This document shows positions 46,779-59,560 of a DNA stretch of 64,000 bases, piece by piece (position 1 is the stretch's first letter; every line of letters begins with the position of its first letter). This DNA comes from Minutocellus sp. GHC0000111. Taxonomy: Eukaryota. Location: positions 1,674,001-1,738,000 of the forward strand of contig OZ361261.1 in assembly GCA_977018835.1 (NCBI GenBank). The letters run 5' to 3'. A program made the translations under genes and the position numbers. Below the pieces are notes generated by a model. That model saw only the letters and a program-made list of their open reading frames with translations, ran no database searches and was not told the DNA's origin.

Positions 46779-49700
46779 CTACGCCTGCTTTACTTTCCTC
46801 GGACTCAATCTACTGCTAGAAATGAGTGATGGATTCTTTCGAACAAGCTCCTCGATGAGAGGCCTCGCATAATCATACCCTCTTTGGACAATTTCGTCGA
46901 ATTTGTCATATTCGAGTGTGCCGAAGTCTTGAATAGGTGGGCGCAAGTGAAGGTCGGCGACGGTTTCCATTCGTCGTCTATGCTGATCCGACGAGACCCA
47001 TCGCAAGGCATCTTGAATGTCACCCATCGAAGGCACATTAACGGTCTTTGAGAAAGGGTTCAATGAGTTCCAGAGCAACCACCAGCCAGACAAGTAGGTG
47101 CCATACTCGTAGTAATCCTTCTGACTCTCGGCTGAGACGTCCACCGAGATCACTGTTCTGGCCCCGGCCTGCTCTTTCATGACATCGCTGGGTATGACGG
47201 ACATGTAGCCGCCGTCTGCAAGCAGGGATCCGTTTTCACTAATGGGAGGAAGATATCCGGTTAGTGACATGGAAGCCCTCACGTACTTCCACAGAATGCC
47301 CTTGGTATGGATCATTAATTCACATCGTTGAATGTCGGTAGAGACACAAAAGAACTTGAGAACGAGATCTTGTATTCTCGTTGAGCTTCCGAGGCTTTTC
47401 ATGATTTGTCGGTTGAATCGATAGCCTGAAAACATGGAAGTTAGAGGCAGAGTTAAGTCCAGTATCTTCTCAATGGGTGAAGCCATTTGAACAGCCATCT
47501 CTCGCGACCGTTTCATGAGAAGATCAAAATTATCGGGCGATCTTGCGAAGAGAGCACCAATAAAAGCCCCCTGAGATGTACCGCCGACCATGTCAATAGT
47601 TACACCGGCCTCGAGTAAAGCTTTGATCACGCCGAGATGGGCTAGGCCTCTTGCACCCCCACCTCCAAGAACTAAACCCACAGATAGTCCAGGCATTCGG
47701 CGACAAAGGCGCAAAATATCCTTTTCGTGCGTTGAGAATGGTACTCGAACAAGATGATGACCGACAATCCAGCTACGCTCCTCCGACCAGTTGTCAAGAG
47801 CATCAGACACGGCGATCTCTGGGCTATTTGCGCTTGCAGAGTCCTCTTGCAACAAATTTGTGACCGAGTCCTCAACTACAACCACCTCAATTCGAACATG
47901 CATTGACTCATATGCCCATTCAAGACATCGCTCGATTTTGTTTGATGCGGGGGCTTCATCGGCCTTCACTAGCAGTAGAATTGCATCGGCCTGCCCGATG
48001 CAAGTTCTTGTCCACCACGTGTAATTTGCATCGGTCTGAAAGACAACAAGTCTATTCTGCTCTTCAACTTCCGCTAGAAATCGAGTCATTTTCAGTTCAT
48101 GGACTGCGTTCTGGTGATGGTAAACCTTCTCTCCCAGGTGTTTCCGAGCGAGATGCTTTGTTAGAAGTTTCGTTGGAGCGATTCGTTGAAGAGAGGACGC
48201 CATTGCTGTGCAGAATGCAGATGCATCGATATCAGCGGCCATCGGAACAACTGCAATTGTCGCCAAACTCAACCCATAGGTAGGCATGATGGACGGCGAA
48301 GGCGCCTTGGCACTACTGCCACCCATTCTCAGAGGAGTAACTTTCCTTGGGATATTTCTGCCACCTCCAAGGATGGGGTCATGTCCAGCACCAAAGCGGG
48401 ATACTTGAGCAGCTATTACACGTGAAAAGTGAAGCCCGGCGCTGGGGTGGGTCCGTATGAGTGCCTCAAGGACCTTGATTGGTATACTTGCTGTCTCGCT
48501 GTTTCGGATGGCGTAAAGCTTGCAGGGCCAGGCCTTTTTTGTAATGCCGGCAATGTCACCCACGCACTTTCCACGGCCGAACTCCTCAACTGCATTGCCA
48601 CTGTGGGAATGATAGCTTGCTCGAAGGCGGCCATTCAAAATCATTATCATTGAGTCACATGCGTCGCCCTTCCTTGCAATCACCTCACTGGCTTGAACAA
48701 ATTCCCACTGGCTCGCCCAATTCACCAAATGCACTGACGGGCTCAGGAGACTGAGAATATGTTCAAAGCACGAAACCATGGCATTTGAATTTGCAATGAT
48801 GAGCTCATCAAATACCATCTTTGGGATTCGAAGTAATTTTACCTCCTTGCCGATGGCTTTCGCAGTAAATATACTCACATCGCCACTAAAACACGCAAGC
48901 CTGCCGATGATTGCCCCCGGGCCTACCTTGGTGAATCTTTGGAACGAGGAGGAAGATTCTCTAGGGATCTCAGAGCCGATGTCCATCTCGCCATCGAGAA
49001 TAGAATATAAGGAATGGTGTGGCTCGCCCGTTTTGATGAGAATTTCATCTTTCCCAAGAGTCACAAGTGTTGCATGTTGTTGCAAAATTGGGACGCACTC
49101 CTTTGGCATCTCCAGCTCTTCGGCGGCAACAGCAGTAGCGTCGCGTATGATCGCAGACATGTCAGGGGTTTTTGTTCCGCCACCCCCCGTTAAACTGGAA
49201 GACAATCGGTACCATTCCTTGGATGACATTCGATTGGCCCATGCGGTTGGTGTTTCAAAATCGGCTCCGCGTCGAAGTAGTTCTTGCGAAATGCCGAGCG
49301 TTTTCACAAGAACTTGTAGTGTCACGCGTTGTACGCGTTGCACAATTGTCACTAAAACTCGGTGCACGTCGGCCGGAAATGAATCCATTACAACAGAATA
49401 ACATCTCGCAGGAACTTTGATCAATCGACTGTTTTTGGTTGCAACGGCACTCACACCGCCCGCCATTAATAAGACCTGCGGTGCTGCCGGTGCATCGGTA
49501 TCATCAGCTCTTGCCTGAACTCTTTGGTGCTGAACAAGAGCCTCGAGCATTGCCAATAGCGGTGTAACTACAGTACCTGGTCCCGAGGTGAAGCTCAACA
49601 CTTTTTCTTCATCTGTAGCATCAGCTGCAATGTCTTTTTCGGCTAACGGATAGTCGTGAAAGAAACACTGGATGCTTCCCGCTAGAACAACGAATAGTGA

Positions 49701-50438
49701 GCCGTCGAATGAACCTCTCTCAAACAACTCTTGGCCGGGCTCCAGATCAATATACTCCGCTTCGCTCAAACACAATTTTAGCGCATCTTGCCCAAAAATG
49801 CTGAATACCTTGATTTTGGACGCAATCTCTGCGAGGCTGCCATAAGTCGGGCGATCCACTCGAACAGCTCCAAACTCTTTCCGGCGGTCTTTCACCTGTC
49901 TCTCCCTCTCTTCTCTTAATTCCTCCTCCGGCACGTCATCGTCCGGATCAACCTCAAAGTTCATGATACTCTCATAGGCTTTCGATCGCTTGACATCGCT
50001 CATTAGACGCCGCCATTTCTGTGACCGACGGATACCTTCGGCTGATTTCTTTCCCGGCGATATCTCATCGGCCCCTTCAGCATCGTCCTCGTCCAATTCG
50101 ATCTGATCAATCACTTCTTGACCACCATCGTCTTCATCGTCCGACGAATCGCTTTCGTCATCACCGGCGGTTTCATCCTGCACCTTGAAACCAACATGCG
50201 ATCCCTTGGTCTTTTTAACGTGCGCCTGTCGATTGATGATCCAGAGATATAAAATCAACAGCAGAGCCATGCCATTGAAGAACGATGCGGTCCCGAAGAA
50301 GGCAAGACTGAGCCTCCATCCCACCACGTGTTCCTTTGTGATGTTGGGCGTGGCGGATGATTCGTCGGGATTTTCCACGTCGTAAAATAAAAGACTTTTG
50401 ATGTACTGAATATCGAGGTCGGAGTTGAAATCGACCAT
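46779..50438 (-). CDS. NTE1: Neuropathy target esterase / lysophospholipase NTE1 (cNMP domains plus patatin)
   Basis: 1219-aa ORF; N-terminal TM, three cNMP-like domains, GGGGARG, GTSQG, DGGY. Confidence 0.95.
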   Translation of the reverse strand: MVDFNSDLDIQYIKSLLFYDVENPDESSATPNITKEHVVGWRLSLAFFGTASFFNGMALLLILYLWIINRQAHVKKTKGSHVGFKVQDETAGDDESDSSDDEDDGGQEVIDQIELDEDDAEGADEISPGKKSAEGIRRSQKWRRLMSDVKRSKAYESIMNFEVDPDDDVPEEELREERERQVKDRRKEFGAVRVDRPTYGSLAEIASKIKVFSIFGQDALKLCLSEAEYIDLEPGQELFERGSFDGSLFVVLAGSIQCFFHDYPLAEKDIAADATDEEKVLSFTSGPGTVVTPLLAMLEALVQHQRVQARADDTDAPAAPQVLLMAGGVSAVATKNSRLIKVPARCYSVVMDSFPADVHRVLVTIVQRVQRVTLQVLVKTLGISQELLRRGADFETPTAWANRMSSKEWYRLSSSLTGGGGTKTPDMSAIIRDATAVAAEELEMPKECVPILQQHATLVTLGKDEILIKTGEPHHSLYSILDGEMDIGSEIPRESSSSFQRFTKVGPGAIIGRLACFSGDVSIFTAKAIGKEVKLLRIPKMVFDELIIANSNAMVSCFEHILSLLSPSVHLVNWASQWEFVQASEVIARKGDACDSMIMILNGRLRASYHSHSGNAVEEFGRGKCVGDIAGITKKAWPCKLYAIRNSETASIPIKVLEALIRTHPSAGLHFSRVIAAQVSRFGAGHDPILGGGRNIPRKVTPLRMGGSSAKAPSPSIMPTYGLSLATIAVVPMAADIDASAFCTAMASSLQRIAPTKLLTKHLARKHLGEKVYHHQNAVHELKMTRFLAEVEEQNRLVVFQTDANYTWWTRTCIGQADAILLLVKADEAPASNKIERCLEWAYESMHVRIEVVVVEDSVTNLLQEDSASANSPEIAVSDALDNWSEERSWIVGHHLVRVPFSTHEKDILRLCRRMPGLSVGLVLGGGGARGLAHLGVIKALLEAGVTIDMVGGTSQGAFIGALFARSPDNFDLLMKRSREMAVQMASPIEKILDLTLPLTSMFSGYRFNRQIMKSLGSSTRIQDLVLKFFCVSTDIQRCELMIHTKGILWKYVRASMSLTGYLPPISENGSLLADGGYMSVIPSDVMKEQAGARTVISVDVSAESQKDYYEYGTYLSGWWLLWNSLNPFSKTVNVPSMGDIQDALRWVSSDQHRRRMETVADLHLRPPIQDFGTLEYDKFDEIVQRGYDYARPLIEELVRKNPSLISSSRLSPRKVKQA

Positions 50439-50624
50439 TGTTGTTCTGAATTCGCTTCTTGTGGGGTAAGGCGTATCCGGTCAGCAGCGTCTGGAACACA
50501 AGATGTGCTGCGTACAGAATGGCGAGCCGCGTATCTTACGGCGCGCGTATTTCTACGTACGGCAATAGTCGGCGACGTTTTGCCGCACTTCGCCGCGCGC
50601 CGCCGCTTGACCGTCACAAAGCAC

Positions 50625-50742
<118 letters not shown>

Positions 50743-50877
50743 TGAGCGGGCGGCTCTTCGCTTCCGCGCACCCGCGACATGTGAGTATGGCAAACAAGGA
50801 AGCTACGATAATTGCCACCCTCCAAGATCAGACCACCCTAGCTACTAGTAGCTAGTTATTCCGCATTCAGTGTCAAG

Positions 50878-52179
50878 ATGAGCTCTCTATCGGCGTCGCT
50901 TGTTGGACCGGCAGCAGCCCCGCCTCATTACTGTGAAAATGATCACGATGACGAGGCTTCGCCAATGATGGTGTTGTCATCGGCATCTTCCGAAGAATAT
51001 CCGACCGACTATGAATGTCAAAGGCATGCCAGCGCCAATACTCTCAATTCCATACCCACTGCGCGTAGGGCATCGTCTTCGGTAATATTGGCATGTCTCG
51101 CTGTATCTTTTGTGGCGGGGGTCCTCGCCACCGTCCTGATATCTGGCAGCACCAGCACAAGTAGCAACGAGAGCCAAGGCTACTTATCGACGATGCTTGA
51201 CAGCACCGACAACAACCACGAACACACCTCTTTACGCAGATCCTCGTCTGCATCACGGGTCAATTGGAGCGTCTTGAGCTTGATAATAAGATCAACTCGG
51301 TCCTGTTCCCTCTCCGCGCAGCCGGCTATGAACCAGATGTAGCTCTGGTCTTGGACGACTCGTGTGACCAATGATGTTGGTCCGAAGGGAGTCGATTTTG
51401 ACTATGCTCCTGTCTACACAGCCTTTGACGATGCCGCGCGAGATCTTCGAGATTTGGACTTCCATGTAGTTACCGGCTCACCGTATATCCAAGCGGCCGA
51501 CCCAATCGTCAACGAGGAGTACGTTCAGCATCTACAACAAAAGGCTGGAATGACTTACGAGCAGCACAGGGAACGCAGCAAGAACAACATCCGGATGATG
51601 GAGAGCTGGCAGCAGTGCTATGCCGAGATGATGGGCGACGTCGAGCGATCTTCAACTTATGATCTCGTAATTCGCGTCCGTGAGGATGCTGGATTTCTCG
51701 AAGCACTGGACATTGACTTTCTAAAGCAGGAGCTTGCCAAGTCATCCAGAACTGTCATTTCGAACGGTTGCCGAACAAGTCACGGGATGAACGACAAGGC
51801 CGCCGTCGTTTCGAGAGATGCCGCACGGTCGTACTTTTTGTCCCCACTTCAGTACTACTACACTCGACCAATCCACGACAATGTCGTCTCGTCGGAAAGT
51901 TTCATCTACTACGTGTATCAGGCAGAGGGCCTTTTGCTGCTAAAACCACCAGAGATCCGTTCGGTGGTCAAGCTCGTTACCGACAGGGATGGCAACACCA
52001 AGCTATTTCCCGGGGAAAAGAAAACTCTCATTCACATGTGCAGGGTACGAATTGATAATTATGGGGCACCGAGTAACTGTACTATGGTGTGGGACGCCGA
52101 GAATCGCGATCTGCAGGACGTATCTTCGATTTGCTGGCCGCATACTATGAAGGATCCAGAATGTGCGACATGCAAGTAA
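50878..52179 (+). CDS. Type II membrane protein, putative glycosyltransferase-like (frame disruption or intron at about 51235-51365)
   Basis: Single TM; alternative frame ILVCITGQLERLEL; later YDLVIRVRED, GMNDK and SESF motifs typical of an algal DUF family. Confidence 0.6.
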
Positions 52180-52381
52180 TAGGTTCGACGAAACGACATG
52201 TACATATCAAGAGGACATATCCGGACAAATTCATTATATTCATGTAATTGTAGAGAAAAAAGGTGTACTTTATAAATTTTCGATCGCTTACATACTACGC
52301 CGCAAATTCATCCACTAATTTCTTCGTCGCTCTGCTCTGAGCTTTCGCGAAGTCCACTATGAAAGACAACCGAATCATTGT

Positions 52382-53501
52382 CTACATTTTCTCTTGCAAA
52401 AATTCCCAAGACCCCCCTTCTTTGCCAAATATGTATTCTTCCATGGTCGATATCGCTGCTTTCAGTACGCTGATTTTGGTGGGAATATCTTTTGGACTGA
52501 TGAGGCTACTTGTCTCTCCTTCTTCCATAGAACGCAGTCTTTCGATCCAACTTTGTGCAATGTCGATGCACCCTTGTTGCACAGGATCAGCTCCGGACTC
52601 AAGTAGTTGTTTCATCTTTGCAAATTTCACCCTTGAGGACCTGCCAACACCAGCATATGCATATAAATTCATTAAAGAATCAATAAGGGGAGTGATTTCA
52701 TCATTTTCCTCTTGTGCATACAATGAATTAATATCTTCACAATCCGGCTGGTCCAAGAGAGCCTTTAAATATCGGGGACGAATGCAGTCTTTTTCCAGTG
52801 CGTATTGAACAAGGTTCACATCGCGTGATTCCTCGCCATCCTCGAAACTGGCATCATCAATTATTGACGCTTGGCTATTTGGATCGATCTTGGGAAGTCC
52901 CATGAGGTATTTGAAACAACCCCATTGATCTTCAACCATTGCTTCCGAGAGCAGGTGAACTCGGCGGTAGCTACTAAGACTGCTCCACATCATTGAATTG
53001 ATGTCAACCATCAACATCCTCGACCAAGCATTTGAACACGTCCAGGAGGCCACATTCGATGGCCACGGCTGGATTGTTGAAGAAGACGAAGGGATTGACT
53101 CGGAACGCTTCCTCATCAATTCTCGAGGCAAGCGCAAACTCTTCTACACCCTCGGAACAGCAAAGATTCCTCCAATTCGGATTGACCCTCATCCATGCGC
53201 GAATATTTTTGGACAACTTTCTCTTTTTCTTACGAGCGGCGACATCACCAGCACGTCCGATGTACGCGATTTCTCGGCAAGTTTCGAGTACATACTCAAA
53301 ACCGGCATCGTTATCTTTTAGGTATGCTACTCGGCAGGCATTGGCATCCGTTGGGCCGACTGCCAGGAGGATATTCATAAGAGTATTCTGAGCAACGTTG
53401 CCATTAGAGCTGCTTCCCCAAGGAATGAAAGTAAAAATCGAAGCAATGATTTCAGACGGGAAAAGAAGATGCTCGCCGTCGTCAGAGATATGATCTGGCA
53501 T
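52382..53501 (-). CDS. Hypothetical protein with an F-box-like start and ankyrin-like repeats (frameshift near 53010; possible extra 5' exon to about 53772)
   Basis: LLFPSEIIASIFTFI; AIECGLLDVFKCLVE..DIN; TPLI..LLESGADP. Confidence 0.55.
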
Positions 53502-53689
53502 GGGTGCGACGTTCGGGTATTCAACAAGTGGTACTAGGACCGCGAGAGCGTTCAATGAGATTCTCTGGTCGACTATCGCCTTTGACTGGCCCAAACAATG
53601 AGAATGGAACTCACCGCGCGGCAAGACGAACGAGTGCATGTAGCATGCGCGGCCCATATCTCAAAACGGTACTGGCGGCATATCTTGTC

Positions 53690-53737
53690 GGCCTTCGAGA
53701 AGATTTTGGGTTGGGCCTTCGAGAAGATTTTGGGTTG
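53690..53737. repeat. Perfect 2 x 24-bp tandem duplication
   Basis: ggccttcgagaagattttgggttg twice; encodes PNPKSSRR x2 on the minus strand. Confidence 0.9.
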
Positions 53738-53888
53738 GGGTTGATCCCCGAAGATCTCATAGGGGTCTTCATGACGCCTCCATAAAAAAGTTGCAAAAAA
53801 AATCTCGTGCCAGTTGATCTTTCGTCACCAACAAAGCAATAACAACATCTACTCGAAAGCTGCAACAGGTTCTATCTTCTCTAACCTT

Positions 53889-55239
53889 TTAAACTATGTG
53901 CCGATCCTGATTCCCTTGATCCTGAACAGTCCATTTCTGCTCCGCAATCAGTGCAAGATCATCTCGATCGAGAGTACCGGATTCATCTCTGTCAAGCTTG
54001 GCAAACAATTTGCGGATTTCCAAGATGCTTCTCTTCTCTGCTTTCCCCCTTGCAAGTAGCATAAAAGATATAAAATCGGCCTCGGACACCTGCCCGTCGC
54101 CGTCGTCATCCATCTCTTCAAGGTCGCTGAGCGCTAGTTCTCTCTCTAGAAACTTCTTTTCTGCCATGCGCGCCTCTCTCTTCAACCGACTTCCTGCAAT
54201 CTGCCCCAATATCTGACCAACAACTGCCACCGATGCCGGGATAAATAGCAAAGATAGGAGCCTCATCGACGGCAAAACTGGTGCAACATCACCTATACCA
54301 ATAGTGGTGGTTGTGATTACCGCATAGTAAATCGACTTGCCAATTGTCCACCCTTCAAAGTGTCCAATGGTGCATGCAACTAAAAAATCAAACAGCAGCA
54401 ACGGCATAACCTTCTTCACAATATTCAATGCATCTTTGAATGTGGCCAAACAACTCGAGTCGGCATTGTCATTCCTCGGTGCCATGCTCAAAGCTCTGTC
54501 CACACCGGAGTTTGATTCTTCATCCTCGTCATCTTCAACGCCCGAGGCAAAGATGTGAACAAGCCGTCTCTTTGCTTTCTCTCTTCGCGACTCATACGCC
54601 CGTTGCTGCTGCTCCAATATCCGTTGGCCCAGTATACCCAAACCGATTGCAATGATGCAAACCCCGTAAATGGCAAAGAACCCAGTAAATATTTGGCTTG
54701 GGGCATTTGTAGGAGCAGGGGAACCATATCCAACGGTGGCTATAATATTTGGTACAGTGTGACCGATTCGAATCAATGAAACGAAAGAGTGTGAGATATG
54801 CCAAAGAAAAGTTGCCAAACATATGGCTGCGGTCAGTATTGTCTACTTAGGATCGAAGCGACCCAAGAATACATGGCATGTACTCACTGAATGTAGTGAC
54901 GGAGAAGTAGAGGCTATAAATTATTGACCATTCCTCGAACACGAACGAGTAGGCACAGACTCCAACGCCAAGGTACAGAACAAAATAGACGAAGCATTCC
55001 CTGAACGCCAGCGTGGCCGGCTGGAATCCATCCGCAAAGCTTGGCTGACGCCGATCATTTGCGGCTGATCCTCTGGATGTGTTGGATGATAATAATGCGG
55101 ATGGTTGTAGGGATGCGGACTCCTCGTCGTCGTCGAGTAGAGGCGAAGCGAGGGGCATGTGATCATGATCAGTGGTCTCGCCATTCTGCGAGGCCGTGGG
55201 GCTTATCACTGACTCTGGGGACTGCCGTTTCCGTATCAT
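53889..55239 (-). CDS. Two-pore (TPK/KCO-like) K+ channel with two EF-hands; one intron at about 54740-54887
   Basis: WS..SLYFSVTTF|TVGYG and SIYYAVITTTTIGIGD pore loops; EF-hands DDDGDGQVSEADF and DRDESGTLDRDDL. Confidence 0.9.
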
Positions 55240-55481
55240 GGTGCACTGCCAATGAGGCTGCACCACGGTGGTTGCTTCCGATGCTTGCAGTGGTTCTTTG
55301 TTCTTTGACCTGGCGCCAGGCAGCCAGCTTTACTTAAAATTTCGCCGACGATCACTTCGCCGAGCTGCAGAGAGCGACTGATCCGATGCGGACCTTCGAA
55401 CCTGCTGCATACGCATGCAGACCATGACATGCAGGCCAACGACGCTTCTTCTTGCTGCCATTTTATTAGATACCGACCAAC

Positions 55482-57221
55482 ATGTCGCAACAACCCAAAG
55501 CCACCCCAGTGGCCAGCACGTACGTCGCCGGAGACGACCCCTCCCGCCTCAAGGATGCCGCCGCCTACCTGGGCCTCGACCGGGCCCGTCGGCCCACAAA
55601 CAAAGTTCGGGAGGCCGTCGGGTCGCTCCTTTTGGACACGACGCTGGAATCAGCCAGGATGCACTCCGTCGGAACGCTGGCCAGCGACGAGCGCGTCGAC
55701 GAGGGCGGGACCATCCATCTGATGACGCTGACCCGACGGCGACGGGCGGCCCGGCCAGCCTACGAAGGCGGGGGGGATTTGATGAGCATCTTCGAGAAGC
55801 CGATGGAGATTGCCCAAGGTGAAGAGGAAGGGGAAGAGGGCGAGGAGGAATACGAGGTGGTCGATACCGTGGAGGGTGGATCACTGGGAGCCGCAACTTT
55901 TGGCATCATCAAGGGCACGATTGGCACTGCTATTCTCTTCTTACCTCGAGGCTTCAAGATGGCCGGTTGGGGTCTGGCCATTCCTGCGCTGCTGTTCTCC
56001 ACGGCGACCTACCTGTACAGTGCCGGCAGACTGTTGGATTGCTGGCGCATCGAGAAGCGCAAAATTGAACGATTAGAGGAGATCAAGGCTCTGTTGGGAG
56101 ATACGGAGGGAAACTACGGCGCCACCGATGATGCAGGCGAGGCACCGGAAGCGCCCAAGGGTCCTGTTGATCCGCACCTTGCATCGTCGGATGGGACCAT
56201 GTTGACTTATCCGGAACTTGCAACTCGAGCGTTTGGGAAATACTCCGTATTTGTTTCCGCAGGAATTGCCGTGCTGCAGTTTGGAGTTTGCCTCACATAT
56301 TTCATTCTTGTACCAGAAAATTTGGTTGCCGTCACGCATTCCCTCACCGGAAAGGCCGTACCACAAGAGGCGTTCCTTATTGCCATGATCTTTGCAGAAA
56401 TCCCATTTACTTGGATTCGCGATATTCGGAGGCTCACTCCAACCAACATTCTGGCATCGTTGCTCATCTTCTTTGGATTGGCATCGTGCCTTGGCATTGC
56501 ACTTTTTAAAGATTACGGCGATAGCTCCCTCATCAAAGAGATATCGCAGCTTCCACCAGTCAACCATGAGACTTGGTTCATGTTCATCGGCACTGCCTTT
56601 TATATGTTTGAAGATGCGATGACGCTCGTGGTTCCCCTGCAAGAAGCGGTGTTTACCCCGGAAGACAAGGCCAAATTCCCAGCACTCAACAAGCGCGTCA
56701 TGTGGTGCATCGTCATCTTTTACTGTTTCTTTGCCACTACCTGTTGGGCGGCGTTTGGCGAAGGCCTCAAGACGGCGATGACGGCATCGCTTCCACCGGG
56801 AGCCTTGGCAACGGCGGTGCAAATAGCTTATTCCATTGCCGTCTTCTTTACTTTTCCTCTTCAGGTCTTTCCAGCGTTGGAGGTTACTCTCAAAACGGGT
56901 GCCAAGGCCGGAACGTCAGACCATGGGTATGATGCGGCCATATTTCAAAGGAATATCAAGGCATCGTTCTTGGTCTGCCTGCTTGGCTTCATTGCCTACT
57001 TTGCGCAAGATTATCTTGGCAACGTCGCCAGTATTTTGGGCTCGGCCATTGGTGTACCAGTAGCGCTGATATGCCCAAATCTGATGCACAACATCCTGGC
57101 CAAAGATATCTCGTTCTGTACTCGAATGATGAACTACTGCGTCGTCTGCATCGGAGTGTTTGCCTTCGTCGTGGCATCAACTACCACAATTTTGAATTGG
57201 AGCTCCGGCGCTGAAGGCTAA
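55482..57221 (+). CDS. Amino acid transporter, AAAP family (AVT3/SLC36-like)
   Basis: IKGTIGTAILFLP.GF..AG, TYPELA..AFG, QFGVC..Y, FTFPLQ.FP; about 11 TMs. Confidence 0.92.
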   Translation: MSQQPKATPVASTYVAGDDPSRLKDAAAYLGLDRARRPTNKVREAVGSLLLDTTLESARMHSVGTLASDERVDEGGTIHLMTLTRRRRAARPAYEGGGDLMSIFEKPMEIAQGEEEGEEGEEEYEVVDTVEGGSLGAATFGIIKGTIGTAILFLPRGFKMAGWGLAIPALLFSTATYLYSAGRLLDCWRIEKRKIERLEEIKALLGDTEGNYGATDDAGEAPEAPKGPVDPHLASSDGTMLTYPELATRAFGKYSVFVSAGIAVLQFGVCLTYFILVPENLVAVTHSLTGKAVPQEAFLIAMIFAEIPFTWIRDIRRLTPTNILASLLIFFGLASCLGIALFKDYGDSSLIKEISQLPPVNHETWFMFIGTAFYMFEDAMTLVVPLQEAVFTPEDKAKFPALNKRVMWCIVIFYCFFATTCWAAFGEGLKTAMTASLPPGALATAVQIAYSIAVFFTFPLQVFPALEVTLKTGAKAGTSDHGYDAAIFQRNIKASFLVCLLGFIAYFAQDYLGNVASILGSAIGVPVALICPNLMHNILAKDISFCTRMMNYCVVCIGVFAFVVASTTTILNWSSGAEG

Positions 57222-57312
57222 GGATGATGTAGAGGGAATAACAGCAAGTAAAATCTAAATGTATCGCGATTATTTGACAATATATGTGTATAGTCTGCAA
57301 AGAAAGTCTTCA

Positions 57313-57918
57313 TCAGCGCAGCAAAACCTCGCCATCTTCGGCCAACGTCTTGGAGAACTCGGTTTTTGATACATCGACCTCGCCGTTCACCAATTCATAC
57401 ACATAACACACCACCTTGGATCCTTGTACCGCCAATAACACAAAGCTAGGAGTGACGCCGGGATTGGTTGCCGAGTATGCCCCGGTGATGCTGCCCGGGT
57501 TGATGTGAAAGAATCCCTCCTGCTCCACAACCTCATTCTTATGCGTGTGGCCACTGATGAGGATGTCACAACCCAGCTTCCGCCGCATCATCCCCAAAGC
57601 CATGTGGTCGCCCCAGGGAGTTAACTGGTGACCATGGATGACCCCGACCCGGAATTCTCCGACGGTCACCACGGTCGTTTCGGGAAACGCCGCCGATTGC
57701 GGACCGGTGAATTCCATATCGCCCGCCACGACGTGAACGTTGGGGGCCAAATCTCGCAGTCCCTCAAAGTTTTCCTTGGAACCCAGATTGCCGTTGCAGA
57801 TGACATGCTGCATTTTGTTGGGCACCAACATCCGCTTGAACTTCTCGGGGATGGCCGATGCACGGTAAGGGATGTGCAAATCACCCAGGACCAGTACAAG
57901 CTCTCCGAAGTTGGCCAT
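57313..57918 (-). CDS. VPS29: Retromer subunit VPS29
   Basis: LVLVLGDLHIPYRA..FK.MLVP.K..HVIC.GNL, HGHQ..PWGD, DILISGHTH, INPGSITGA, PSFVL. Confidence 0.97.
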   Translation of the reverse strand: MANFGELVLVLGDLHIPYRASAIPEKFKRMLVPNKMQHVICNGNLGSKENFEGLRDLAPNVHVVAGDMEFTGPQSAAFPETTVVTVGEFRVGVIHGHQLTPWGDHMALGMMRRKLGCDILISGHTHKNEVVEQEGFFHINPGSITGAYSATNPGVTPSFVLLAVQGSKVVCYVYELVNGEVDVSKTEFSKTLAEDGEVLLR

Positions 57919-58467
57919 TGTTTTTTCTACGAAGTCGTAAGTACGGAAACGAAGAAAACAAAACAGCAGTTGGGTCCGTATCTTTCGAGTTGTCGAATTA
58001 TTGCTTTCCAAGGAAACAAAAGACAACAGGCGACACCTGATATCGAAGAAAGATATCGACGGGGCACTTCACGGGGATCGATAGCTCGGCTCAAGGACCG
58101 GAACGCACACCGCCGCAAGCACGAGATGTGGATCGATACCTTGATTGACCAACTTGCTTGCAAAATCTTTCTATTTTCATCACGATGACGTCAATGGCAG
58201 AAAGCCCCCTGCCTGCCTACGCCTGCCGTGTGGGCCGTGGGGCGCCGCATCGCCGCAAGCAAGCAAGAGAAGCAAACCAAACCAAACACATGACGTGTTG
58301 GCCGCTGCATAATTGGTCCAATTGACTTGACTATCGCTTGTTGGTCTAGAGAGCCTCTGCTCCCTGGCGCTTCTCTGACGGCATTGAGCTGAGAGGGTGG
58401 GGTTTTACCAATCGCAAATCGAAGCACATTTATTTCATTATTTCCGGGCCGGGAGCGAAAAATAAAA

Positions 58468-59560
58468 ATGACGAGGTCGTGCCGGTCTGTTCTCTCCTCG
58501 GCGGTAGCTGCGGTCCTCCTTGTTCTACTGCAACAAATGCCGACCGCTGGTGCTACCAAGCACAATTTCGTCACCAAGGAGGATGCGCGCTTCTTCATCG
58601 GTCCGATCGGTATCCCGTACGGCTTCACGGCCGGGGGACATTTCAATCTGACCGACGATGAGTTTGGTCCCATTGATGATACTGATGATGCCACTGGTGC
58701 CGGTGTGTTCCTATCGATGAAGAGCTCCGATCGGACGTGGAAGCCCAACACTCCCTCGGTAGAGTACACCTTCGAAACTCCCGACGAGGAGGGCATGTAC
58801 TTCCTCATGTATCAGGTATGTCAGTTGGATCGGGCCGACCCCAATGACAAGCACTTCAAGGAGATCCGGTCGACGTTCGAGCTGGACATATCGATGAAGA
58901 ACTACGACGACTTTGGCAATGTGTCGTATCTGACGGCGGGTGAGATGCTACTGCCGCGGGTGTTTTTGTACTTCAGTATCTCGTTTCTGATGTGCACCGT
59001 CATTTGGATTCAGATGCTCCGATCTCCCGTCGGTGGTCCCGGCGGAGCTCGGCCCAAGGTGCTGCCCATTCATCACATGATGACGGCCCTTCTTGTCCTC
59101 AAAACGTTGAGCATCTTCTTCGAGTCGGTGCGATACCATTACATCCGCGTCACTGGCCATGCCGAGTTCTGGAGCTTTGTTTATTACACATTTGCATTCT
59201 TGAAGGGAACGTTTCTCTTCACGGTCATCCTTCTCATTGGCTCGGGTTGGAGTTTCGTCAAGCCGTTTCTAAACGAGCGAGAGAAAAAAGTGGTCGCGGT
59301 GGTTTTGCTTTTACAGGTGATTGATAATTTGGCTCTTGTTGTTCTGAATGCGGAAACTGAGGGAGAGCAAAGATTTGACGACTGGAGCGCAATCTTACAT
59401 CTTGTGGATATAATATGCTGCTGCGCCGTTCTTGTTCCGATCGTTTGGTCGGTCAACGCATTGGAAAAGTCCATCGAACAAAAAACGGAATCCAAAGCAG
59501 CAGAGGCAGGAGGTGGCAAGGCAGCACCGCCTCCAGGTAGTGAGGATGCAAAGATCTTGG
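58468..59560 (+). pseudogene. GPR107/GPR108 (lung seven-TM) family gene lacking its 3' part
   Basis: YLTAGE..LP, IHHMM..L..LK, LIGSGWSFVKPFL..REKK, DIICCCAVL.PIVWS; similarity stops at KIL before the last two TMs. Confidence 0.8.
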
